Source: Cyanobacteria bacterium J06626_4 (GTDB lineage Bacteria; Cyanobacteriota; Cyanobacteriia; Phormidesmidales; Phormidesmidaceae). Taken from it: 64,000 bases of DNA. Position numbers and translations under genes: made by a program. The notes under the pieces were generated by a model, which made no database searches, was not told where the DNA came from, and saw nothing but the letters and a program-made list of their open reading frames with translations. Below are positions 21,901 through 28,571 of the stretch, piece after piece. Location of the stretch: positions 32,001 to 96,000 of the forward strand of contig JBCBJQ010000002.1 of assembly GCA_038523235.1 (NCBI GenBank), in the 5' to 3' direction. Positions within the stretch are counted from its first letter, which is position 1, and each line of letters opens with the position of its first letter.

Positions 21901-21919
21901 AGAGACTAACTTGAACCAT
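12965..21919 (-). CDS. Giant acidic modular secreted protein, paralog 4 (2984 aa)
   Basis: About 14 Calx-beta-like repeats (GEGYxVDP...LTIxD), two PPC-like domains, extra inserted domains, RTX-type C-terminus; very D/E-rich, no Cys seen. Confidence 0.92.
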   Translation of the reverse strand: MVQVSLSTSTDFDGDLNALVEDQGTALTVRFDLDEPAPASGLKVYIDSDVEQIINRLDLPAAIANPQFENLNLFATQTNFDNSGLAVEIAGGATFATITLDIFDNPEPDTFLPETFDGLVEAVFSLVTADQIAPEDQTSITGVGDYTIAPDAATSTVFFADEASQLPGTPPPPPTNGYDEAVSGDISDDPNNPVGLALVEGTTQLSAATGGGDQEYVTVTVPDGFQLESILLEAYSQSDVSFIGVQEGATFTEPLDNSAELGEFLGYSLFGISAVGTDILDNIGNGSNGPGFGGQGFSGPLPAGTYTFAIQQLDGPSDYTLAFNTSAATVTPPPTGDLPIVSFEAIPATVSEETPDAQVVWQWTVTGDFPAEGITVNFDTLGDNDVIAFTEQFAADRESEFNDAEIVGFDEATGRLQILLSAPDGNFVLPIINDILEEGAQTFDFQLAAGEGYTVDPNQNSTLLTINDDNGGPGVGPTVGLAVSETNLAEGDPLTVTFTVEGEIPEGGVQVLVQSDVPGSLGQFDLADLGNITTTGIEGLPTVGDGGGGSFFVTLVEPTATISLNVFDDILAEDPLPITFTLANGEEYEVSPESGSAMLTITDEPSIPGPTVGITVDSTDVTEGEAVTLSFTVEGEIPEGGVTVLVNDVASAQSQLRSLTEFDVANVELSEGIAEFPSPADGDSGFFVTLTQPTASITLPVLDDGADEDEANESFTFEVIDGEAYEVDADASSVTLNISDVGDGNPPTGDLPVVSFEAIPATVSEETPDAQVVWQWTVTGDFPTEGITINFDTLGDNDVIAFTEQFAADRESEFNDAEIVGFDEATGRLQILLSAPDGNFVLPIINDILEEGSQTFDFQLAAGEGYTVDPNQNSTLLTINDDNGGPGVGPTVGLSVSESNLAEGDPLTVTFTVEGDIPADGVQVLVQSDVPGSLGQFDLADLGNISTTGIAGLPTVGDGGGGSFFVTITEPTATISLNVFDDIIEEDPLDITFSLANGEVYEVDPAAASTTLTISDEIQTTEIKPTVGISVDQTTLVEGGDAVTLTISVDGVIPGGGIPILINDLASVGNQSRSLTEFDIGNVTTTGIADFPIPADGDSGFFVTVMEPTATITLAAFDEGADEDEAMEQFTFELIDGEAYEVAPDASSVTLNIVDAADSNGDGGNGPVVSVDVIGGTFSDEDALVTPNLVESGSGTPILSIVVSADGPIPEDGLVVNINTDLADITEFISGANFVPLSFGGEVIGAIYDDSGTATGLQLRLESQNAVVNFPGVGLAATDPQTVNFFVEAGEGYTAAADMAAITVYDTLDQVPAVTSIPEVSMSLADSGPFTEGSDAVTVNFALAGDIPAEGVLVYVSNNAFAGLVDFDLLNAQVTGGSFPAPDGNAGGFYFKITEPTASLTLAVRADEAIEGLEQVPLALQTLPGYTIAEGAGEISVLLQDDASSIVQVSVEASSDVLVETEGTAAVHTFNLSAPPADGQLTVTVEAPGLTELDILDLQVENGGISAIRPGGFDLVIWGQSATVTLPVVDDGVAEGLEEIAFSVAAGDGYQIDPEAGSASFQIVDTVEQTPATDAESNDTIATAIATGLGPDNSSVSIDGAISFSFSNREVDQTEDVDMYSFAMAAGDTIRIDADSAVFDSGLDTVLRIFDADGNEVAGSDDDFAPDELFAPGRRDSYVEFTATETGNYYVGVSSFGNGFFDFFLDDDGNPTNAPYDPNVAGSGTGRSFGDYTLNLKLNEEFVPVATEIPAGTGAGPTVSLSASPATYDSDDNLTASALVQFVEDGASILTVGLTTEGDIPEDGIEVFLTSSLDLSTAFNTGAPFSPGGAEVLGAVFDDAGTPVGLRINLTSNTAVLNLNLDSPDAAPTDGVETVTFTLEPSAGYQVSDDSTFSTEIYDTLADVPVMPNVPTVGVAISEMALVESEGNLTTLTFTLDGPPPAEGVLINVDSGVRAALGEFDVFNAEITGGDFPSPNFRASGFFFRITEQTATITLAAFDETTNDQIPAEDALEGIEEFTFTVQPGVGYAIAPDASAVTVTIADNPDSVPLPSDDGDDGGDGDEMTPMEMELNDTIADANAIELPLDGSSIVIEGEIGTTRATRNLIDRSEDVDMYAFDLEAGQTLILDVDGGGTGDAGVEGSLLDNILRIFDAEGNELAIVENAGAPDEVFQANGDAYIAFTAPETGTYYAGISNLGNNFYDPNVAGSGSGWTFNDRFEPGPYRLEATLATTPTLPTVSVSLPEVVSEADDAPILTAVFAVAGEIPADGLVVAIGGDAGFLLDPANRIADNNRLFEIVPEGGITADGFGPNGELLVRLFASEVSFGLPIFDDILEEPDTDYTFTLLEGDGYLVDPDSALQTVTFTDGVPGGVGPTVSLSVDQTDLAEGDEFTVSFEVEGDIPDEGLTVFVDGPAAGLSEFNIFGDDGIDPVIDIVGLAGLPEPDNDAGGFFATLTENQASITLSVFDDGPTEGPESLTFELIDGEEYEVTSIVTYDFAWTGQIAEFSVEGQFSYDASQSYEAGIVREDDLLSLDVSFFDPDGNLLRTYTDNQDQSLYPTVNFAFDTETGEILQDGTWDVDDDVNLERNGFMLGVGNPDLRGEIGVQSGLAFWTRPSDDKLPHLHVDDWDDELEFPIGYSTHEDVSFPTLTVADLIDNGKVGETYLDQIQDRLDEFGQPVVAAVSQSGSAGQVELTINDGGEDAVFGVESGVTSVFLDLPLLESAAGLTLVGADSDSTPFSDDFQVGFAITDDTDFTFAPAPFAPLSGTIEHSGTITLGLGGAEATIGEFSIGFDPTRASDTTSGFFVADTLEDPLGLEVLFDLSAPSTAAVSGEELEISGADLLLSPELAGALGLAELAGADVGDARVDALVSLTVGGPPNPGTSTDGDDELVGTDGNDFLDGLRGDDTYTGGAGADQFVFDLAQGVDTITDFELGVDQISLGGLTSAGVKFFELGEDTLVLTNSNELLGVVQGVTNLDNTVFA
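18450..20917 (-). repeat. Internal tandem duplication of a ~413-codon three-domain block
   Basis: TGDLP(I/V)VSFEAIPATVSEETPDAQ... occurs twice; gaatcgcctcaaagct at 20881 and 19642 (1239-bp offset); near-identical DNA over the first domain. Confidence 0.9.
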
Positions 21920-22395
21920 GGGGAGATTACTCCGGTGTGTACTGTCGTGAAGGTCGACAAGGATTGGGGTGGCTTATGACCGGAACGCAGCAGCGATCGC
22001 CGTCCCTTGCCTAAAAATGGCTGAACCAGCTTGCCACTAATCAGACCACCATCCCAAAGCCAGACGAGTTGAACCGACTGGGCAAAGCCAAGTGGGTGGG
22101 CATGTTGGGACTAGCGAAGCCATACTCGTCGGGTGATCGCCTCTCTGCAAGAGAGTTGCCCCAGAACATCATCATCGCTAGCAACTGAGCCAATGACGCC
22201 AAGCCATTGCGCCAAAGCGCTTAAACCCGCACCCCTAACTCGCCCAGAACCTAATCTCAGGGCCATTTAGCCATCGTCGTGGCAACGAATAAAGCAGCCT
22301 GAGAGGCCGTTGTGGGATTGAGGAAATGGCGGGCTAGTGACTTACCCGGTCGGGCTTATTTGGGAACCGCTTCGTATAGTCGATTTTTGATTTCA

Positions 22396-22418
22396 TTAAT
22401 GAGACGTAATCTCATTAA
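22396..22418. promoter_or_regulatory. Fur-box-like palindrome upstream of the 2984-aa gene
   Basis: TTAATGAGA-CGTAA-TCTCATTAA, perfect 9-5-9 inverted repeat. Confidence 0.72.
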
Positions 22419-22658
22419 CCTACAGAGGGATACTACCATCCGACCTGGATTTAAACACGTCAACTTTATAAAGATAATTGAAATTAATCAGTGAATATCC
22501 GGAGGGCTCATAGCCGCTGGCCCCGATTTATTGGCCACGAAAAGCTTCTTAATAGGCGCGAAAGCAAGGAAATACTAGACTTCCGTTCAGGTTGTCAGCA
22601 GTACCTGCCACGTCAGCTTTATCAGATTTTTATACAGAAAAGTTATCAGCCAGTCGCT

Positions 22659-22685
22659 GCTTATTGAGTATCCATTTCAATAAGC
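22659..22685. promoter_or_regulatory. Second Fur-box-like palindrome
   Basis: GCTTATTGA-GTATCCATT-TCAATAAGC. Confidence 0.6.
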
Positions 22686-22761
22686 TCATGATCGTAAGGC
22701 GGCTGCCAACTTTTGCAAAATTTGCAAAAGCTAGGGCGATTGATGGCCTGGCTGCGACAGT

Positions 22762-24069
22762 CTATTCGACGGGGCGAGTTTCGATCGCATGGTCGGGCAG
22801 CAGCGTTTCCACTGAGCGTAAGGTGCGAAAGCCATAGCCCGCTAATCCCACCACTACCATTAGTGTTGCCATCAGCATGTAGAGCAGGGCAATCCCCGCC
22901 CCCGGCCCCGTGCCCACCAAAGGACCAAAAATCCCCGTGAGGGCGCCTTCTGGCTGCATCGCGGGCTCAAACACAAAATCAGCGAGGGGACCGGCGAGCA
23001 GGGGGGCGATCGCGCCAATCCCCAAGCCCACCATCTGATCAGCCGCCAGCACTCGGCCCTGTAGCGCGGGTGGCACTTTGGCATACCAAATCGCATTACT
23101 AGAGCTGTAGTAAAGCGGAATCAGCAGGGTAGCCGCAAAGTGCGCCGGTATCCAGATCCAGGCGGTTTGCCCCAGGCCCAGAACAATTTTGCATAGGCCT
23201 GTCCCGGCAAATCCCAGCAGCATCCCGTGAATCCGCTGTTTGAATCCCCCTTGCCAACTAAGGAAGAGTGCCCCTACCACGCCGCCCAGTCCTGCCGCCG
23301 TGGTGACGGCCCCCAGAACTTGTTCGCTGCCCCCCGATCGCGCCAAGATCATCGGGTTGTACAAAGCTCGCCCCATATCGCTGGGCATCGCAAAGCAAGA
23401 GAAGGCAATCATCATGGCCAACAACCCTGGAGTGCTCAGAATGTGGCGAAAGCCAAAGGTAAGGTTTGACCAGTTCACGTTAGGGGCCGTAGTCTCGACA
23501 TTGTCGTCACTTGGTTGAGGAATTTTAGCCGTCAGCAGAATCCCAAAGGCGATTAAGAACGTGCTCAGGTCGATCAAGATAATGCCTTTGAGACCGATGA
23601 TTGGGTAGAGACTACCGGCCAGAATAGGCGAAAAGATCGCGCCACTATAATTGACGGCAGCGACCATGCTTTCGGCGCGGGTGTAGTTGTCTTTTTCGAC
23701 TAAAAGCGCGATCGAGGTGGAGTATGCCAGGGTTTGCAGTTGCCCAAAGCAGCCATAGACCGCCACCGCGGTATAGAGATGCCAGATTTGCAGGTGATCG
23801 CCCCAGTACAGTAGGGCGATCGCGATCGTGCAGAGCATGGCCACGACATCGCCCAAGATCATCAACTGTTTGCGGGGCCAGCGATCGACCGCGATCCCTG
23901 CTAGAGGTGTCACCACTAAGCGCGGCAGTTGTGAAAAAAAGGTCACCAGGGCCAAACTTGTTGCGGAACCCGTGACCTCCCACACCCAAAAGATCAGGGC
24001 AAAGACAGTCATATAGCTGCCGATGGTCGAGACCAGTTGCCCCGCCCAAATTCTTAAAAAAGTCCGCAT
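22762..24069 (-). CDS. MFS transporter (DHA3/macrolide-efflux/EntS-like)
   Basis: Start most likely ATG 24069 (MRTFLRIWAGQLVS), 4 nt after the receptor stop; AGIAVDRWPRK motif A; VPPALQGRV. Confidence 0.9.
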   Translation of the reverse strand: MRTFLRIWAGQLVSTIGSYMTVFALIFWVWEVTGSATSLALVTFFSQLPRLVVTPLAGIAVDRWPRKQLMILGDVVAMLCTIAIALLYWGDHLQIWHLYTAVAVYGCFGQLQTLAYSTSIALLVEKDNYTRAESMVAAVNYSGAIFSPILAGSLYPIIGLKGIILIDLSTFLIAFGILLTAKIPQPSDDNVETTAPNVNWSNLTFGFRHILSTPGLLAMMIAFSCFAMPSDMGRALYNPMILARSGGSEQVLGAVTTAAGLGGVVGALFLSWQGGFKQRIHGMLLGFAGTGLCKIVLGLGQTAWIWIPAHFAATLLIPLYYSSSNAIWYAKVPPALQGRVLAADQMVGLGIGAIAPLLAGPLADFVFEPAMQPEGALTGIFGPLVGTGPGAGIALLYMLMATLMVVVGLAGYGFRTLRSVETLLPDHAIETRPVE

Positions 24070-24073
24070 GACT

Positions 24074-26989
24074 CTAAAACTCCCAACCGACAGTGCCAAA
24101 AATGGTGAAAGGGGCACCGGGTGTCACCCGAAACTGGTCGCGCGCCCCTTCGAAATAGCGGACATCAAACAGGTTTTGAAAATTGAGCTGCGCCCGAAAC
24201 TGCTCCTGGCGGTAAAAGAGGGACGCATCGGTCCGCACATAGCTCGGCAGGGTAAAGGGGGTAAACAGGTCACCATTCCGGTCCCCTTGAAAATAAACGC
24301 CGAGCCCCAAGCCCAAGCCCTCTAGCGCGCCATCCTGAATTTCGTAAGAGGTCCACACACTGGCCGCATGTTCCGGCACGTTTTGCAGCCGCAACCCTTC
24401 CGAAAACTGGTTGTCTTCGCTAATGCGGGCATCGGTGTAGGCATAGGTGGCAATGATATTCCAACCGGGGAGCAGTTCTCCCGCAATATCCAGTTCCACG
24501 CCGTCGCTTGCTTGCTCGCCCACCTGCACTTGAAACCCGGTATTGTCCGGATCTTGGGTAGCGACATTGGTGCGGCGCAACTGGTAGTAGGCCAAGGTAG
24601 CCGAGAGGCGATCGTCTAGCAAATCAGCTTTCACTCCCACCTCAAATTGATTCCCTCGCTCTGGAGCAAACACCTCCCCGTCCTGAGACTGACCAATCAC
24701 CGGATTAAAAGACTCCGTGTAGCTGGCATAGAGCGAGACGTTGTCGAACGGCTTGTAGACAATGCCCACGCGGGGGCTAAACGCCGTGTCCGAGGTTTCA
24801 ATCGGGTCGGGATTTGTCAGGTTCGCCGCATCGACAAAGAACTGATCGGCAAAGTCAATCCGCCCGCCCACCAACACAATCAGATTGTCAAAAATGTTGA
24901 GTTGCGACTGACCGTATAAGCCGATAGTGCGGCGATGGGTAACGCTGTCCGATCGCAGGGCAAAAGCAAAATCGGGATTATTTTCTGGGAAAAACCGCTG
25001 CGGATCATAATTGGGTTCAAAAATATTAAACGGTTCGACATCCGGATCGAGAAAAGGCAAGAACTGCCGCGAAAACAGCCGATCCTCCTGGGTTTCCTGA
25101 AACCACTCCACCCCGAGCAGGAGGGTTTGATCTATCCCGGCAATGGCAAAATCGCCGACGACGTTGGTGTTTAACGTGTAAGCTTCCCGGTTACTTGGGT
25201 TATCAAGCCACAGGCGATTGAGGCGATTAAAGTCGATTTGTCCCCGCGATTGAAAGAAGCCCACCCCAGCGACAAAACTGTCTTCAGCCGTATTTTGGAA
25301 AGAGGCCAAAAACTCATTTCTCACCTGCCAGGTGTCATTAATTTGGTGATCTAGCCGGTAGCTAAGGCGAGAAATATTGCTTTCCGTGCGGCTAATCTCG
25401 GGTTCACCGGAGTTGGTACGAATATCCAGCGTGCCCGCCCGAGCGATATCTTCCTCTGAGAAGGCGTCTCCTTCTAGAAATCGATCCGCGAGCGAATTGT
25501 TTTCCAGGCCGATCGCGGAAATTGCCGGTAAACCCGATGAACTCCCCGACGAGCGATTATAAAGATACTCAACATCGACAATTAAGCTGGTTTGTTCAGT
25601 GTCGATGATTTGCAGTGTGGGGGCAAAAAATAGGAATTCACTTTCCTCAAAATCAACAAAGCTGCCGCGATTTTCATAGGCCAGATTGGTGCGGTAGCTG
25701 CTGTATTCATCCAGGGGACCCGTGAAATCGAGGGCGGCGCCATAAGTCGCATAATTCCCCGCTGTCAGTTCAAAGTCATAGCGAGGAGTGCGCTGGGGCA
25801 CCTCGGTCACCAAGTTGACGGTGCCGCCCAGATTGCCGGAGCCAAATAGCACCGAAGCCGGGCCTTTTAACACTTCAATGCGGTCAATATTAGTAATGCC
25901 AGAGCCGAGGCGTAGCGTGTCGTCTCGCAGGCCATTGCGCAGAATGTTGTCGGTTTCAAATCCGCGAATAATCGGAGTCGTAGCCCGTGAGCCACTCTCT
26001 GATCGCCCGGTGAAGGCGCCACTGACATTTTGCAGCGCCTGACCCAGGCTGTCAGTCCCCTGATCTTCTAGCACTGCTTGGGGAATCACCTGAATGCCTT
26101 GCGGAATGTCGAGGATATCGGTATCCGTGCGAGTACCCGCACTGGCGGTGGGCACCTGATAGCGCGGCAGCGGAGACGCCGCTACGATGATCCGTAGGTT
26201 ATTGCCAAACTGCAGATCTTCAGCGTCAGTCGATTCTCCCGGTGGCGTGGTGGCAATATCAAGAATGAGCGATGCAGCGGCCCGCTCAAGAAAGGCATTG
26301 GGAGCGGTATCCGTCGTCGCATTCACCGTAATCTGCACGTCGGATGCCGTCACCTGCTCGATCGCAATCGAGGCGACTGAGGGCACCGGATTATCTTGTT
26401 GGAAGCGATCGCCCTCGGGCAGCGCTAACTGCGCCCTGATAATATCGACCACCAGCGTATTGCCTTCCTGAAACTGCAAGATTTCTGGGGCGGTTGGATC
26501 ACTGGTCACCAGCACCACCTGCAGGCCATCGGCGATCGGCACGAGTTGAATTTGAGTGATTTGCACCACTGGCCTTGTCGGGCTGTCTTCAGCATCCGGC
26601 AGTGTCGGAACACCCTCAGTCTCGGGTTGATCGAGCTGGCTCTGCAGATCAGTATTAGAACTGTTCTGATTATCAACCTCAGAATCATCCTGATCAGTAG
26701 GCGACAGCACCGCCTCTTCAGGTGCCTCACGATTCAGGTTCTCAGGAATCTCACCATCTGGTACCTCTAGACCCTCAGCTTCCTCAACCAGTTGGCTGGT
26801 CAGCAGCGGTGGAGTAACGGCGAGCGGGTGGAGAGGGGGCGAATCTTGAACGGTTTGAGTAAAGCCCGGCAGAGGACTGAGGAAGGGGGCGCTGCCCGCG
26901 ATCGCGAAGCTGATTAATCCAGTAACGTGATGCATGCAAATCCTACGGTTAGAGACGGTGGCGTCAGCGACCCCCAAGCAAGTCCGCAT
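24074..26989 (-). CDS. TonB-dependent siderophore receptor with AMIN domain (FhuA-like)
   Basis: DIPQGIQVI, IDRIEVLKGPASVLFG plug motifs; C-terminal GWEF; start uncertain. Confidence 0.93.
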   Translation of the reverse strand: MRTCLGVADATVSNRRICMHHVTGLISFAIAGSAPFLSPLPGFTQTVQDSPPLHPLAVTPPLLTSQLVEEAEGLEVPDGEIPENLNREAPEEAVLSPTDQDDSEVDNQNSSNTDLQSQLDQPETEGVPTLPDAEDSPTRPVVQITQIQLVPIADGLQVVLVTSDPTAPEILQFQEGNTLVVDIIRAQLALPEGDRFQQDNPVPSVASIAIEQVTASDVQITVNATTDTAPNAFLERAAASLILDIATTPPGESTDAEDLQFGNNLRIIVAASPLPRYQVPTASAGTRTDTDILDIPQGIQVIPQAVLEDQGTDSLGQALQNVSGAFTGRSESGSRATTPIIRGFETDNILRNGLRDDTLRLGSGITNIDRIEVLKGPASVLFGSGNLGGTVNLVTEVPQRTPRYDFELTAGNYATYGAALDFTGPLDEYSSYRTNLAYENRGSFVDFEESEFLFFAPTLQIIDTEQTSLIVDVEYLYNRSSGSSSGLPAISAIGLENNSLADRFLEGDAFSEEDIARAGTLDIRTNSGEPEISRTESNISRLSYRLDHQINDTWQVRNEFLASFQNTAEDSFVAGVGFFQSRGQIDFNRLNRLWLDNPSNREAYTLNTNVVGDFAIAGIDQTLLLGVEWFQETQEDRLFSRQFLPFLDPDVEPFNIFEPNYDPQRFFPENNPDFAFALRSDSVTHRRTIGLYGQSQLNIFDNLIVLVGGRIDFADQFFVDAANLTNPDPIETSDTAFSPRVGIVYKPFDNVSLYASYTESFNPVIGQSQDGEVFAPERGNQFEVGVKADLLDDRLSATLAYYQLRRTNVATQDPDNTGFQVQVGEQASDGVELDIAGELLPGWNIIATYAYTDARISEDNQFSEGLRLQNVPEHAASVWTSYEIQDGALEGLGLGLGVYFQGDRNGDLFTPFTLPSYVRTDASLFYRQEQFRAQLNFQNLFDVRYFEGARDQFRVTPGAPFTIFGTVGWEF

Positions 26990-26997
26990 TCTACCGC

Positions 26998-27020
26998 TTA
27001 TTGAGAATTGAAATCAATTA
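26998..27020. promoter_or_regulatory. Fur-box-like site upstream of the receptor
   Basis: TTATTGAGAATTGAAATCAATTA. Confidence 0.68.
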
Positions 27021-27104
27021 TGATAAACAACTCCCTGCCACCTCAAACTCTGGACCGGCTTCCCATCCATGCAAGGCAGCAGCCGAAGCCCATATTAGAA
27101 TTGC

Positions 27105-28406
27105 CTAGGGTATGGTCGGCTCTAGCTCTTCCAACAATGGGGGCGAGACTGATTCACTAGCATCCTGATCGACTGGGACATCTGAGGCTGCGGGTGCAGT
27201 CGGAGCTGGTACTAAAGGTTCGGGTGATGGTGGCTGATTGACGTCGATTTCGGTCTCTCGTGGGGCTGGGGCTGGGGTCGTCTCACCAGGCATTGCCTCG
27301 CCGTTTTCCTGGGGTCCTTCCGGGGGAATCGTCTCGCGATCGCGCCGGTCTCCATCCAAGTCTATCCCCAGGTCTTCTAGAGATTCGATCGATGCCGGGT
27401 TGGGTTCATCCTCAGCATTCAGCTCTGCCTCCGTCTCCGCAGTGGCGGGTGCAGTCTCTTCCAAAGTCGGCTCCTGTTCCTCCGCTGGTGAGGCCACCGT
27501 CCCTGGGGTCGTAACTGGCACAATGGATTGCTGCACGGGCAGCTCAATCGTTTCTCGACGACCGGCAGCAGTGGCGGCGTCAAACTGCTCCGAGCCTTCG
27601 ATCACAAAATTGACCTCTACCGAGACCTGCCCGCCCAGCCCATACGGATCTTGAAACTGCCAGTTGGCTTGGGCTTCGGCGATCGCGGCCTGATCAAAGG
27701 CGGCGTTGCCACTAGAGCGCTCAATCACAGCTTCGACGATATTGCCATCGGCATCGAAGATGACATTGATAATGGGTTGGCCTTCGATATCTTCTCGCCG
27801 TTCTGACAGCGGATAGTCAGGCGACGAGCAGGGTGCACAAGTCACCAGGCGAGCGGCTGGGGGGCTGGCCCGCGCGACTTCCGGCACAGGCTCCCGCTGT
27901 CGCACATTGGGTGGCCCGACAGGAGCGGTCGGATCGCCCTCCAGGCTACCATCGCCGCTAATCAAACCGATGGTATTGGCATTCCCGGCCGCCCCTTGCC
28001 CCCCTTCGACGCCATCTTCCGTGGCGATCGCGGACTCGGTAGCAATCGTGTCGATTGACTCAGCCGTCGGTGGCGTAGGAATCACGGACTCCGAGGTTTT
28101 GAGGGGCGGGGCGGAATCTTCTGGAGCCGATGCTGCTGGTTCGTTGTCGGTCGCCTCTGCTGACGGTGGGGGCGGTGTTACCGGAGCCTCTGGCTCGGGC
28201 ACGGCCTCATCCACCACGAAGAATTCAATGGCGTCATCGGCTAATTCCACCTCCAAGTCGCCCAGCATGCCATTCATCAGCTGCATCACCCAGGGGGCAG
28301 ATGACAGGTGCAGGCCCGTAGCAGCGATCACGGCCCCCACGATGACCCGCCGAAAGATGCGCAGTTCCCGTCGTCGTCCCTCAGCGGATGATTTGGAAAA
28401 CCCCAT
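27105..28406 (-). CDS. tonB: Energy transducer TonB with long acidic C-terminal tail
   Basis: N-terminal TM with conserved His (TGLH), Pro-rich linker, PDYP...EG...SSGNAAFDQAA TonB C-domain. Confidence 0.88.
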   Translation of the reverse strand: MGFSKSSAEGRRRELRIFRRVIVGAVIAATGLHLSSAPWVMQLMNGMLGDLEVELADDAIEFFVVDEAVPEPEAPVTPPPPSAEATDNEPAASAPEDSAPPLKTSESVIPTPPTAESIDTIATESAIATEDGVEGGQGAAGNANTIGLISGDGSLEGDPTAPVGPPNVRQREPVPEVARASPPAARLVTCAPCSSPDYPLSERREDIEGQPIINVIFDADGNIVEAVIERSSGNAAFDQAAIAEAQANWQFQDPYGLGGQVSVEVNFVIEGSEQFDAATAAGRRETIELPVQQSIVPVTTPGTVASPAEEQEPTLEETAPATAETEAELNAEDEPNPASIESLEDLGIDLDGDRRDRETIPPEGPQENGEAMPGETTPAPAPRETEIDVNQPPSPEPLVPAPTAPAASDVPVDQDASESVSPPLLEELEPTIP

Positions 28407-28430
28407 GGTTGATTCGCCTGCTCAAATTTT

Positions 28431-28449
28431 GTTGAGAATATTTGTCATC
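28431..28449. promoter_or_regulatory. Fur-box-like site upstream of tonB
   Basis: TGAGAAT-A-TTTGTCA. Confidence 0.65.
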
Positions 28450-28571
28450 TTAGTGCAATCTACCGGAGCCGACTGAATGGGACAAGCACCCATTTCCACA
28501 TCATGCGGTCGGCGATCGCATCGGCTGCCTGCTTAATATCCTGACCTTTTTAGGGCCACCATCCAATCAGG

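Noticed and set aside
21921..21932. GGAG-TAAT-CTCC mini hairpin sequestering the SD of the 2984-aa gene
   Set aside because: A 4-bp stem is too short to distinguish from chance
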